Shown: one piece after another, positions 10,088 through 19,551 of the stretch
Layout of the letters: the number at the start of each line of letters is the position of its first letter
Numbering within the stretch: the stretch's first letter is position 1
Virus record (IMG/VR): IMGVR_UViG_3300030331_003634
Location: 1 to 58,567 of that record
Reading direction: 5' to 3' (one strand)
DNA: 58,567 nucleotides
DNA from: a virus
Taxonomy: Duplodnaviria; Caudoviricetes
The notes under the pieces: generated by a model
The model's input: the letters and a program-made list of their open reading frames with translations, nothing else
The model's database searches: none
What the model was told of the DNA's origin: nothing
Made by a program: the position numbers and the translations under genes

Positions 10088-13000
10088 ATGGATGAAATTA
10101 AAGCTCAAGAGCTATATGACTTTTTTAATAAAGAGGGATACGATTTAGGTGACTTTAATAACTTTACCTCTTCACTTGAGGACGAGTTAAAGAGAAAAGA
10201 GTTGTATGACTTCTTTAATAAAGAGGGATACGATGTTGGATCTTTAGAGAACTTTAACTTAAAAAAAAAAGACCCTTCACAGGTCTCTACTTCTCCTTCA
10301 GAGGTTGGAGAATCGGTTTCTGGAGGAACTGAATCTCTTGATCAATCAATACAAGATCGCTTAAATAAAGGCAGTCAACTAGACTTATCAGTATTTACTA
10401 CTAGCTCAGATCAAGAGGCTATGAAGTCTAATCTAGAAGATGAGAGATCTAGAGTTTATGATGCTTTTGGATTAAACTACAGTGAGAGGCAAGCCCTTTT
10501 AGATAGAAAGTCACAAATAGAATTAGAGAAAGAACAAGCAAGAAAAGATCTTACCAATGCTAAGATGACTCGTGTTGGTATAAAACAAAAGGAAGGTTCT
10601 GATCGGTACTATATACCTACAGATAAAGGTTTATTTTCTGGTAACTTTTTACAAAATTTAGATCAAGCTTTTACTGGTTACGATTACGATGACGAGAGTG
10701 AGTTTAGACTTGGTAGTAAAGAAGAAGCTGAGGAGTATGCTATAAAGAACTATAAGAAATCAGATAGTGTTATAGATACAGAGATTGAGGATCTTGAACG
10801 TAAAGCTAAGCCTCTTTCTAATCTAGACGAGAGTGATGTTTACAAAGCGTTAGAAGAGCAAGAAGAGGATGCTATTAAAGCTGAGGAGTATGTCAATACT
10901 AACCTTATGAACTCTTTTATTGATCAAGGCTTCAGGGGAGAGAGGTTAAATCAATTAGTAGAGCAATCTGGAATAAACACAGCATACGTTAAATCAAAAG
11001 CATTTATGGTTAATGGCCAGGAGACTTCTCCTGCTAATTTAGAGCAACAAGTTTACGATAGAGATTTTATAACTGGACTTCAAAATGGCTCTATAAAAGT
11101 TTCTATAGACCCTGCTGTCGCTGAAACAGAGTATGGTAAATTTTTGAAGGCTACCTTAGATGTTCAGTCTAACGCTGGTAGCGAAGTTTATGATATAGTA
11201 GAAGAGTTTTTAGCTGGTGGAGCTAGTATGGGTGCTGGATTACTTGAAGTTGGTGAAGTTCTTGAAGCTCCTTTTAGTGATGAGTATATTAAGACTGGAG
11301 GTTTTTTAGCTAATCACGTTCAAGATTACGCTGAACAACTAAGGGATATGCAGAGAATGTATAAGTACCCAGGTGTAATGGAAGCCATAAGAGCTGGTGC
11401 TTGGGATGATGTTCCTGCATTGTTTGGTAAGTCTATAGCTGGATCATCAATGCAGATAGTTGTTATGGCTATGGCTAGAAGATTAGGCATTAATCCTAAG
11501 ATTATTCTTGGTGGTCTTGGTGTTTCGGCTGCTGGTCAAAAATCTTTAGAGCTTAAGGAGCTTAGAGAGTCAGGCAAGATAGATATTAATAATTTTAATT
11601 TAGCTTTAAATTCTATTGCTAGTGGTGGATTTGAAGTTTTATATGAAATACCTACCTATCAAATGATTGGAGCTGTTCAAAAAACATTAAGAAATGCTGG
11701 AAAAAAAGCAGCAAAACAAGTTGCTAAAGAGGTTTCTGAAAATGCTTTTAAAGATATATTTATAAAAGAACCAGGGTCAGAGATGCTGACAGAGATTTCT
11801 ACTATGTTAGTAGATCATGTTACGTTAACAGAAAAGACTAATGACGCTGGTATATTAGCTAAAAGCTTTGATGATGTTGTGAATAGGGTTGCTAATGCTG
11901 GTATAGCTGGATTTGGTATGGCTGCTGGTATAAGAACTGTTGGTGGTGCAGGTGCTGTAGGTGTCTCTGCGTTAAACTCAATTAAAGGTACAGATCTAAC
12001 AAATAAGATTGTAGCTACATATCAAGTTGTTAATGAGGATGGATCTCTAGGTGAAACTAAAGAGCTTACTGGTGCTGAGTATAAAGAGTGGAGTAAAGAC
12101 CCTAACAATATAGCAGGCGAAATTAATGGTGATATTAAAGTTAATAGGTATAACTCTGACATAGCTGACGCTATAGATGATATAGCAAACACTAATTCTG
12201 AAGATGTTGTCCAAGCCAATAATGATGTTAACGAGGCAGGGTCAGAGGCTAACTCTTTATTAAATCAGATAGAAAATGATTTGCAAGAATCTACTGATAA
12301 AGCACCTTCAGATAAGATAGCCAAAGTTAAGGGACTTCTTAATAGAATGAGTGAGATAATTAAGGAGACTGGTGCTAAAGGTTCTCAAGACTTGAAAGGT
12401 CTTACAGATAAACTTAATAATATTATTAATAAGGCTGGGTTATCTTTAAATGATAATGTTCTTAATCAAAATACTGATAACGCAAACATACAGGGAACAG
12501 AAACAATAACAGAGATACAAACTGAATCTCAAGCTAGAGCTTTAGAAAAAGGATTAAAAGATGGTTCTAACCCGTCTGTAGTTTTATCTCAAGACGGTGT
12601 TGGTATATCTAAAGATGGTAAAAGTATTTCAGAGAATAACATAACCTTAGGTAAGTTTAAAAGTAAAGCTGCAGCTAAAAGGGCTTTAAATAATTTTAAT
12701 AAACAAAATTCTAAAGCTGCTGTAGAAGAAAGAAGACACGCTGAAACTCAAAAGAAAAATAATAAAGCTTTCAACAAGGTAGATAAAAAGAATCTTGACG
12801 AGGTTTCTCAAGATGATTTATCTAATGATTATAACATAATATCTGCATCAGTAGGTGGATTAGGTAAGGCATCTAATCAACAAAGAAATGATAAACTAGA
12901 GAAGGTACTTAAAAAGAAAGGATTAAAGTACAAGAAAGTTCAGGTTGTAGAAAATGGAATATCCAAGACAGCTTTTATGGTTGAGGGAATGGAAAGTTCT

Positions 13001-16000
13001 GCAGCTTTAGATCTAGCAGTTGGATTTGGACAAAAAACTATAACCTCTAGTAAAGATGGTATCCTTCATAGAGATGGTACAATAGAATCTTTAGATGGTA
13101 ATGTTTACACTGGTCCTAATGCAAGAAACGGTGCTAGAATAGTTGTTATGAATGTTAATGGTAGAAAGGTATCTGTAAGACTTGGAACCAATAAGGCTTC
13201 ATACAGTAAAGATTTTAACGCTAATAACATAGAAGATATAAATCCCTTCATAGAGAATCTACCTGACAATCAAAAGAAAATACTTGGTCACGTGTTAAGA
13301 TTCTTCTCTAATATAAAAGGACTTAACATTAGAGTTGTTAAGACAGATTCAGCTATGAAAAAGCAACTTGAGTCTGAGGGTTATTCACCTGAAAGAATAA
13401 ACTCAATAGCATCTAATAGAGCTTTTTATAGAGCTAAAGATGGGACCATGGTTCTTAATCTGCAGAAGATGAATCTTAATACTCCATTTCACGAGATAAC
13501 TCACCCTCTTGTGGATTTTATAAAAAGAGAAAACCCAGATTTATATTCTAGAATAGAGCAGATGGTTGAAAAGTCTGATTCTAATATACCAGGATCTCCA
13601 TTTAAAAAGAGATGGTATAAAAACGGTAGAAGACAATCTGGTAGCTATATGAGTTGGGCTGAGTCTAACTACCCTGGTAAGTCTAGAGCAGCACAAATAG
13701 AAGAGGCTTTTGCTGAGATGATTGGTGACGCTGCTGCTAATCAGTTTATGAAAGACAACTCTAAGCTAAAGCAAATAAAAGATTTTATTGCTGAGATATT
13801 AGAATACTTTAATATAAATGCAGAGTTTTTAAAAGAGAAAAACTTATCAGATCTTAAGTTAGATGACGTAAAAGATATAGGTCAACTAAGGAGTAACCTT
13901 GGTGCTGCTCTTGCTAAGGGTAAGACTGTTAGTGTTGGTGGTGTTGACTTCAACGTATCAAAGCCTAAGAATAGTAAAGAGGTAGATAGCTCTATACGAG
14001 AACAGGTTGATAGCCAACAACATGGTGATGACCTTGGTGTTACTGAGGTAACAAACATGGAGGGCGTAGAAACTCAAGAGATTAGATTTCAGCCTGGAGA
14101 CTACACCCCAAACTTTGATTTGTCAAAAGTAAAAAGAGGTAGTATAAAAGAGTTTAATGATCAGAAGGCTATGCTTATGTGTATAGACAGGTCTGTATCT
14201 GGAACTGTAGAGTCTCCATCTGGAGTGGTTAAAGAGTTTAATGGTGGCATGTATTACTCGTATCAAGATGGTACAGGGGTATGGGCATTTGCATCGAAAG
14301 GTGCAGCATCTAAAGTACTTAATAAAGCTAAGGAGAGTGGTGGTCTAGTATTACTTGTAGCGATGTCACCTCAGTCTATAGATGGTTCTGTAGAAATGTT
14401 TGATTACGTAATGGATGAGATTGACAACTCCATTAAAAAGAAAAGAGTAAAGAAAAAGATTGTCCTAGATTTTATTAATAAAAAATTAAATCTAAAAAAA
14501 GTTCAAGATAAATTAAACAAAGAGGGTATATCAAAGAAAAAGGTTAAATCAATAAATGAGTTTAGAGAACTTATAATGTCTCTTGATGGTGCTTTTGAGG
14601 TTAGAAAAGATTTAGTATCTAAAATGATTAAAGGTAAAGATTTATCTAGCTGGGGCATACCTACAAGAGAAGAGATGTATTCTATTGTTAATCAATCAGA
14701 TATAAAAGACCTAACTGGTAATCCTGTTGTTGCTGCTATAAGGATTGACACTGAGTCTGAATTTATAGACTCAAGAGAAAACTCTAACATAAAAGATCAC
14801 CCAACATATCCATACGTTGTTAAAGGAGAGCCTTTAATGGTATTTAATGAGGCTGTTGATGCTAGTGAACTTTGGGGTGATTTAAATCTTGCAGATAAGT
14901 ATTTAATAAACCCTGAGACAGGTCAACCATACAGCGAAGCTACAACAACAACAAGAAGAAACGCTGCTATAATGATGGCAACACCTATTGTAAATATTAG
15001 AGCTCAGGCTGATGATAGTTTTACAGGTGGTAGAAACCAGTATGGTAGGTTTAACGTTACACCTTCTGAGGATAGGATTACCGCAACCCCTCAGGACTTA
15101 TTTTTAGAAAATGTTTCTGGCTTATCATCTAAAGGTAATTGGTCTATAATAACAGGTACTGTTGAAGCTGATGGTAGTTACGATGCTGATGTTAACGTAT
15201 CCAACAATGCTAGATTATACAAAGAACTTGTTGAAGAGTTTGGTGCTGAGAATATAGTTGTAACAGATGGTGTATACCTTAATAAAGATCAGGGTCCTAG
15301 CTACTTTATATCTGGTATTACAGAGAATAGAGCCATGCAAATTGGTAAAAACTTTGACCAGGAAGGTGTCTTAACAAGAAGAGGTAACATCTTTACTGAT
15401 GGTTCAGGAATGAACCCTGCCTCAGAAAAGGTTTACGTTGGCAAGGAAGCTTTAGCTCAAGATGGTAATTCAACAACACCTGATGGTGTAACCTTTTCTT
15501 TAGATATAAATTGGAAGAGTAAAGTTCCTTTATCTACTGGAATTAGATCACAAGTAGTTTCTGGAGAGGTTAACACTATAACTGAAGATCAATTAACATT
15601 GTTAAAGTCAACATATTCAGAAATAGAATCTAAGTATCCAGACATTCAAGTTGAAGATGGTATGATAAAGATGTATCATTACTCTGATATGGAACTTGAC
15701 GTTATTGATCCAAGATCTGCAGTAATGAACTCTTATTCTAGGAAAGAATACAAAACCTGGGGTAGATCTAGAGTATTCTTCTACACAGATCCTAATATAA
15801 AAGAAGGCATTGTTGGAGGTCATTACAAAAACACCACAGTATTTCCTATAGATAGACTATACCCTTTAACTGAAGACCCTTTAGGTTTAAACGATTTAGC
15901 ATCAAGAGCTATAGAGATTAAAAGAAATAGTGGTGATAAAACTCAAGCTACAATAAAATTAAATGCTACTACTATAGATAGTGCTAGTATGGCAATATCA

Positions 16001-19000
16001 AAACTACAGTCTTTACTTAAAGATATGGGTGTATTAGACTCAGTAGATTTTGGTTCTGTTACTGAGAACTTTAGATATAATAAGAACGAAGATGGAACTT
16101 TTGAAAAGGCTGGTATTGAAAGTATTAGTTTTTCACTTAATTATCCACTTGGATCTGAAAATATAAACTCTTTAATAAGAGATACGTTTGATAGTCCTTT
16201 CTTTGAAAAGATAAGCCCTAAAACTCAACCTATAAATACGTTTGAAGAAGTTGCAAGGGTTGCAGAGTTACTTGGTTTTCAAGGATTCATATATGACCAT
16301 GTTGGTGGTAAGACAGTTACAGCATGGCAACCAGTTGAAATTGTTGATGATAGATTCCAAGTTAACGATCAGGATCAGAGTGATGTTTATGTCTCTGGAC
16401 TTGGTGCTATAATGTGGGACTTAACAAAACCTATTATAGATGCAGATTACGAACTTGGAGAATGGGCCACAAGAATTAAAGATAAAGACAGACCTTACCC
16501 TATCAGAGCTACTCAGTTGTTTGGAATACCTAAAGGTATGCACTCTAACGCTGAGATAAAAGAGATGGTTATTCTATCTAGAGGTAAACTTGATGAGCAA
16601 ATGCTTATAGCTAACAAAAATCAAAAGAACCTTAAGAAAGTTGTAAACCAAGAGATAAAAAGAATAAAAGATACCCCTGAATATAAACAAGCTACAGCTC
16701 AAGAACAAGAGGCAATGCTATCTAATTTAACACCTGAAGGTCTAAACGACCTTGTAGGTGATATAAATAAAATAATGGAGTTACCTGAACAATCCAAGGT
16801 TAGACAAGCTTTACTTCAGGTTAGAGATCACATAGATACATTAAGTACATACCTATACGAGAATGGTTTAGTTAGTGGACCGATGAGGTATACCATAGAG
16901 GGTAATCTTGGGTTCTATTTAACCAGAGCTTATAAGAAATATGAAAGTAGCTCTTGGAGACAGACAGATCAAGAGGTTATAAGACGTGCTGAATTATTTA
17001 TAGCTGACAAACTTATGTCTGATAAAAACATGAGTAAAGAAGATGCTATGATTCGTGCAAGACAAATGGTTGATAATCTTATTAAAGATAAGATTAGTGT
17101 AACATCATTTAAAAGAAATACAGGTATTGGTGGTTCTATGACCAGAGTGAATGATATATTTAAAGAAAGAAATGAAGATCTTCCTAAAGAGATTAGAGAT
17201 TTACTTGGAGAGATAAACGAACCTTTTGAAAATTACATAAATACAATATCTAAACTATCTAGAACCGTAGTATCTAATCAGTTATATGAAGATCTTATAC
17301 AGATGGGTATGGGTAAGTTTGTAGCCGATCCAAATTTAGATGATGATAAAACATCTCAGATTCCTGGAATATCAAATAAATTAGAGGGAAAAAAATGGGG
17401 TCCATTAGAAGGTAAGTTTGTAGATAATGAAATGTTTGCTATGCTTAACGCTTATGAAAGTAATTCACTTTTTGACTCGTTGGCTTACAAAGCTTATATG
17501 ACTTTTATTTACGGAACCAAAAAGTTTGCCACAGTCCATAACCCAGGGACTCACGCTGTGAACTTAATAGGTAACACATACTTCTCTTTAGCTAATGGTC
17601 ACGTGAATCCTATTAAATTTTTTGACGCTGCTAGAACAGCTATTGGTGAGATAACAAACCTTAGTGGTAAAGAAAGAGAAGCCTTCTATCAAGAATTAAT
17701 ATCTCTTGGTGTTGTTAGCTCATCTGCTTCTTTAGCTGAGATAGTACAAATAGGTCAAGATATAGCTGGAGGTAAAGATGTAACAGCATTTTTAGATAGA
17801 ATGAATCAGGGTAGAGTTAGAAAGGTAGCAACAATACCTTTAAAAGGATTAAGAGGTATAGACAGAGGTTTAACTGCTGCTTATCAAGCTGAAGATGATG
17901 TGTTTAAGATATTTGGTTTTATAACTGAAAAGGCTAGATATATGGAAACAGGTATGAGTGAGGCTGAGGCTAAGGCTATGGCAGCAAGAAACACTAGAAA
18001 CCTTTACCCTAATTATGATATGGTCCCAAACTTAGTTAGAGTTCTTGGTCGTAACCCTTTTGTTGCTACCTTCGTTGCTTTTCAATCTGAAGCCATAAGA
18101 TGCACTAAGAACGCTTTACAATTAGCGTTTCAAGAGATGGGTAATCAAAACCCTAAGGTAAAATTAATGGGTGCTAAACGATTAGCATTCTCTTTATCTG
18201 CCTTAACTTTTATGGAAAACATAACATCTACAGCTATGTCAATGTTGTTTGGATCTGGATCAGATGATGAAGATGACGATATAGAAACTTACGGATTAAG
18301 ACATCTAACAGCTCCTTGGGATAAAGACTCTAAGTTAACGCCTATAGAGAAAGGATATATTACTCCTGATCACGAGGCTTATAATGGTGAGAACAATGGT
18401 AACGCTTATGTTCAATATATGAACGTTTCAAGATTGTCTGGTGGTGGACTTGTAAAAGATATGTTAAGAATTGCTTTTACAGATATGAATACTCCAGAAC
18501 AACAGAGTTCGTTAATGAGAATAGCTTTTACCCTTGGAAGAACATTTTTAAGTCAAGACATGGCTCTTGAAGTTGTTGAGGAGATAAGACAAAATAAAGG
18601 CAATAAAATTTATAACCCTACAGATAATTTCGCATCTAAAATTACAGACATAGCATTACATTTAGGTAAGAATTTAGGTCCTGGTGTTTTAAGAAGAGCT
18701 AAGATTATCAACGACTCTTTAAAAGATAATAGTGATAAGATAACTAATCACGAGCTACTAGCTATGATAGGACTTAGAATTACTACTATTGATGTTAATA
18801 AAGCGTTATTCTTTAGATCTAGGGATATTTATTCTAGTATGAGAAGTAGATCCGAAGGTAAAGGTTATGATCTTAGAGATTCAGGTGTTAAACTTACAAG
18901 GGCTATAGATCCTGGAAGTGAAAGCTTTGATTCTGATATGGCTATTTATTTTAACAGTCTTGTTGATGTTGTAGCTACAGCTAGAAGGTATGGTGTTCCA

Positions 19001-19132
19001 TTAAGTGAAGGAGATAATAACTGTAGAGAGATACTTAGAAAGTCTGGTGTACCATCAAATGTTATAGATAAAGTTATGTATAACGTGTATAATGGAAAAA
19101 ATAAAGATTCTTTATTAATAATGTATAAATAG
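10088..19132 (+). CDS. Giant polyvalent ejection protein (zincin HExxH, two SAM-lyase/DUF3293-like domains, ART-like domain, helical C-terminal region)
   Basis: 3,014 aa; PFHEITH...EEAFAE; YHYS...VFFYTD...GFQGFIY; glycine-rich hydrophobic helices near the N-terminus; RNLYPNY..PFVATFVAF near the C-terminus. Confidence 0.7.
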   Translation: MDEIKAQELYDFFNKEGYDLGDFNNFTSSLEDELKRKELYDFFNKEGYDVGSLENFNLKKKDPSQVSTSPSEVGESVSGGTESLDQSIQDRLNKGSQLDLSVFTTSSDQEAMKSNLEDERSRVYDAFGLNYSERQALLDRKSQIELEKEQARKDLTNAKMTRVGIKQKEGSDRYYIPTDKGLFSGNFLQNLDQAFTGYDYDDESEFRLGSKEEAEEYAIKNYKKSDSVIDTEIEDLERKAKPLSNLDESDVYKALEEQEEDAIKAEEYVNTNLMNSFIDQGFRGERLNQLVEQSGINTAYVKSKAFMVNGQETSPANLEQQVYDRDFITGLQNGSIKVSIDPAVAETEYGKFLKATLDVQSNAGSEVYDIVEEFLAGGASMGAGLLEVGEVLEAPFSDEYIKTGGFLANHVQDYAEQLRDMQRMYKYPGVMEAIRAGAWDDVPALFGKSIAGSSMQIVVMAMARRLGINPKIILGGLGVSAAGQKSLELKELRESGKIDINNFNLALNSIASGGFEVLYEIPTYQMIGAVQKTLRNAGKKAAKQVAKEVSENAFKDIFIKEPGSEMLTEISTMLVDHVTLTEKTNDAGILAKSFDDVVNRVANAGIAGFGMAAGIRTVGGAGAVGVSALNSIKGTDLTNKIVATYQVVNEDGSLGETKELTGAEYKEWSKDPNNIAGEINGDIKVNRYNSDIADAIDDIANTNSEDVVQANNDVNEAGSEANSLLNQIENDLQESTDKAPSDKIAKVKGLLNRMSEIIKETGAKGSQDLKGLTDKLNNIINKAGLSLNDNVLNQNTDNANIQGTETITEIQTESQARALEKGLKDGSNPSVVLSQDGVGISKDGKSISENNITLGKFKSKAAAKRALNNFNKQNSKAAVEERRHAETQKKNNKAFNKVDKKNLDEVSQDDLSNDYNIISASVGGLGKASNQQRNDKLEKVLKKKGLKYKKVQVVENGISKTAFMVEGMESSAALDLAVGFGQKTITSSKDGILHRDGTIESLDGNVYTGPNARNGARIVVMNVNGRKVSVRLGTNKASYSKDFNANNIEDINPFIENLPDNQKKILGHVLRFFSNIKGLNIRVVKTDSAMKKQLESEGYSPERINSIASNRAFYRAKDGTMVLNLQKMNLNTPFHEITHPLVDFIKRENPDLYSRIEQMVEKSDSNIPGSPFKKRWYKNGRRQSGSYMSWAESNYPGKSRAAQIEEAFAEMIGDAAANQFMKDNSKLKQIKDFIAEILEYFNINAEFLKEKNLSDLKLDDVKDIGQLRSNLGAALAKGKTVSVGGVDFNVSKPKNSKEVDSSIREQVDSQQHGDDLGVTEVTNMEGVETQEIRFQPGDYTPNFDLSKVKRGSIKEFNDQKAMLMCIDRSVSGTVESPSGVVKEFNGGMYYSYQDGTGVWAFASKGAASKVLNKAKESGGLVLLVAMSPQSIDGSVEMFDYVMDEIDNSIKKKRVKKKIVLDFINKKLNLKKVQDKLNKEGISKKKVKSINEFRELIMSLDGAFEVRKDLVSKMIKGKDLSSWGIPTREEMYSIVNQSDIKDLTGNPVVAAIRIDTESEFIDSRENSNIKDHPTYPYVVKGEPLMVFNEAVDASELWGDLNLADKYLINPETGQPYSEATTTTRRNAAIMMATPIVNIRAQADDSFTGGRNQYGRFNVTPSEDRITATPQDLFLENVSGLSSKGNWSIITGTVEADGSYDADVNVSNNARLYKELVEEFGAENIVVTDGVYLNKDQGPSYFISGITENRAMQIGKNFDQEGVLTRRGNIFTDGSGMNPASEKVYVGKEALAQDGNSTTPDGVTFSLDINWKSKVPLSTGIRSQVVSGEVNTITEDQLTLLKSTYSEIESKYPDIQVEDGMIKMYHYSDMELDVIDPRSAVMNSYSRKEYKTWGRSRVFFYTDPNIKEGIVGGHYKNTTVFPIDRLYPLTEDPLGLNDLASRAIEIKRNSGDKTQATIKLNATTIDSASMAISKLQSLLKDMGVLDSVDFGSVTENFRYNKNEDGTFEKAGIESISFSLNYPLGSENINSLIRDTFDSPFFEKISPKTQPINTFEEVARVAELLGFQGFIYDHVGGKTVTAWQPVEIVDDRFQVNDQDQSDVYVSGLGAIMWDLTKPIIDADYELGEWATRIKDKDRPYPIRATQLFGIPKGMHSNAEIKEMVILSRGKLDEQMLIANKNQKNLKKVVNQEIKRIKDTPEYKQATAQEQEAMLSNLTPEGLNDLVGDINKIMELPEQSKVRQALLQVRDHIDTLSTYLYENGLVSGPMRYTIEGNLGFYLTRAYKKYESSSWRQTDQEVIRRAELFIADKLMSDKNMSKEDAMIRARQMVDNLIKDKISVTSFKRNTGIGGSMTRVNDIFKERNEDLPKEIRDLLGEINEPFENYINTISKLSRTVVSNQLYEDLIQMGMGKFVADPNLDDDKTSQIPGISNKLEGKKWGPLEGKFVDNEMFAMLNAYESNSLFDSLAYKAYMTFIYGTKKFATVHNPGTHAVNLIGNTYFSLANGHVNPIKFFDAARTAIGEITNLSGKEREAFYQELISLGVVSSSASLAEIVQIGQDIAGGKDVTAFLDRMNQGRVRKVATIPLKGLRGIDRGLTAAYQAEDDVFKIFGFITEKARYMETGMSEAEAKAMAARNTRNLYPNYDMVPNLVRVLGRNPFVATFVAFQSEAIRCTKNALQLAFQEMGNQNPKVKLMGAKRLAFSLSALTFMENITSTAMSMLFGSGSDDEDDDIETYGLRHLTAPWDKDSKLTPIEKGYITPDHEAYNGENNGNAYVQYMNVSRLSGGGLVKDMLRIAFTDMNTPEQQSSLMRIAFTLGRTFLSQDMALEVVEEIRQNKGNKIYNPTDNFASKITDIALHLGKNLGPGVLRRAKIINDSLKDNSDKITNHELLAMIGLRITTIDVNKALFFRSRDIYSSMRSRSEGKGYDLRDSGVKLTRAIDPGSESFDSDMAIYFNSLVDVVATARRYGVPLSEGDNNCREILRKSGVPSNVIDKVMYNVYNGKNKDSLLIMYK
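10109..10234 (+). repeat. Intragenic direct repeat, 2 x ELYDFFNKEGYD, 90-nt period
   Basis: gagctatatgacttttttaataaagagggatacgat vs gagttgtatgacttctttaataaagagggatacgat. Confidence 0.9.
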
Positions 19133-19146
19133 TTAATTATAATTAT

Positions 19147-19154
19147 TAAATTTG
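19147..19154 (+). promoter_or_regulatory. Bacteroidota -7 promoter box upstream of candidate sRNA
   Basis: taaatttg 14 nt after the stop of the giant gene; no convincing + ORF before the terminator. Confidence 0.55.
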
Positions 19155-19159
19155 TAGTA

Positions 19160-19262
19160 CTTTTCTAACGTTCCATTCTGGAACAGTTTGCTTTTTTGTT
19201 CGCATTCATAGATTAGTTTTTTGGTTGTTTAAGAAGGAGGGGTAGTTCCCTCCTTTTTTTTT
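19160..19262 (+). ncRNA. Candidate ~100-nt small RNA complementary to early-gene translation leaders
   Basis: Bounded by a promoter box and an intrinsic terminator; 5' hairpin gttcca/tggaac; contains ttcatagattagttttttggttgtttaa, with a 16-nt exact match to 24065-24080. Confidence 0.5.
19234..19262 (+). terminator. Intrinsic terminator
   Basis: aaggaggg-gtagtt-ccctcctt followed by a T run. Confidence 0.85.
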
Positions 19263-19276
19263 ATTATATTAGCTCT

Positions 19277-19408
19277 ATGGAAATAGGTATACAATTAGTT
19301 AATGGAGTCGTGTTTGGATTTAGGTTATTCGCCCCAACAGAATCCATGCCATACAACGAACTCCAGCTATTTGCTGGAGTTATATGCTTTTATGTTATTT
19401 GGGATTAG
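19277..19408 (+). CDS. Small hydrophobic hypothetical protein (43 aa), not in ORF track
   Basis: MEIGIQLVNGVVFGFRLFAPTESMPYNELQLFAGVICFYVIWD; follows a tatattag promoter-like box; stop overlaps the convergent ORF by 4 nt. Confidence 0.55.
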   Translation: MEIGIQLVNGVVFGFRLFAPTESMPYNELQLFAGVICFYVIWD

Positions 19409-19551
19409 TCCTCGCAAGTAGAGCAGTCATCCTCTTCTCCACAGCATTCTTCATCTTCAGGGTCAACCACCCAAGATTCAAATAATTTTTCTTTAGATTC
19501 GTCTGATCTTTTTAACGCTTCTCGTAAAGCTTTGTCTCTGTCGTGTAACAT
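19405..19551 (-). CDS. Small acidic protein with C-terminal CC..CxxC (48 aa), not in ORF track
   Basis: MLHDRDKALREALKRSDESKEKLFESWVVDPEDEECCGEEDDCSTCED; AT-rich leader. Confidence 0.65.
   Translation of the reverse strand: MLHDRDKALREALKRSDESKEKLFESWVVDPEDEECCGEEDDCSTCED

Noticed and set aside
2169-15823. Short minus-strand ORFs inside the large + genes (e.g. 2169, 2475, 3438, 6492, 7649, 9405, 12022, 15617)
   Set aside because: Antisense shadows of long coding genes, with no leaders or recognisable motifs.
10088-19132. crAss-like virion RNA polymerase
   Set aside because: No DxDxD catalytic motif in a polymerase-like context was seen; the recognisable parts are zincin, ART-like and SAM-lyase-like.
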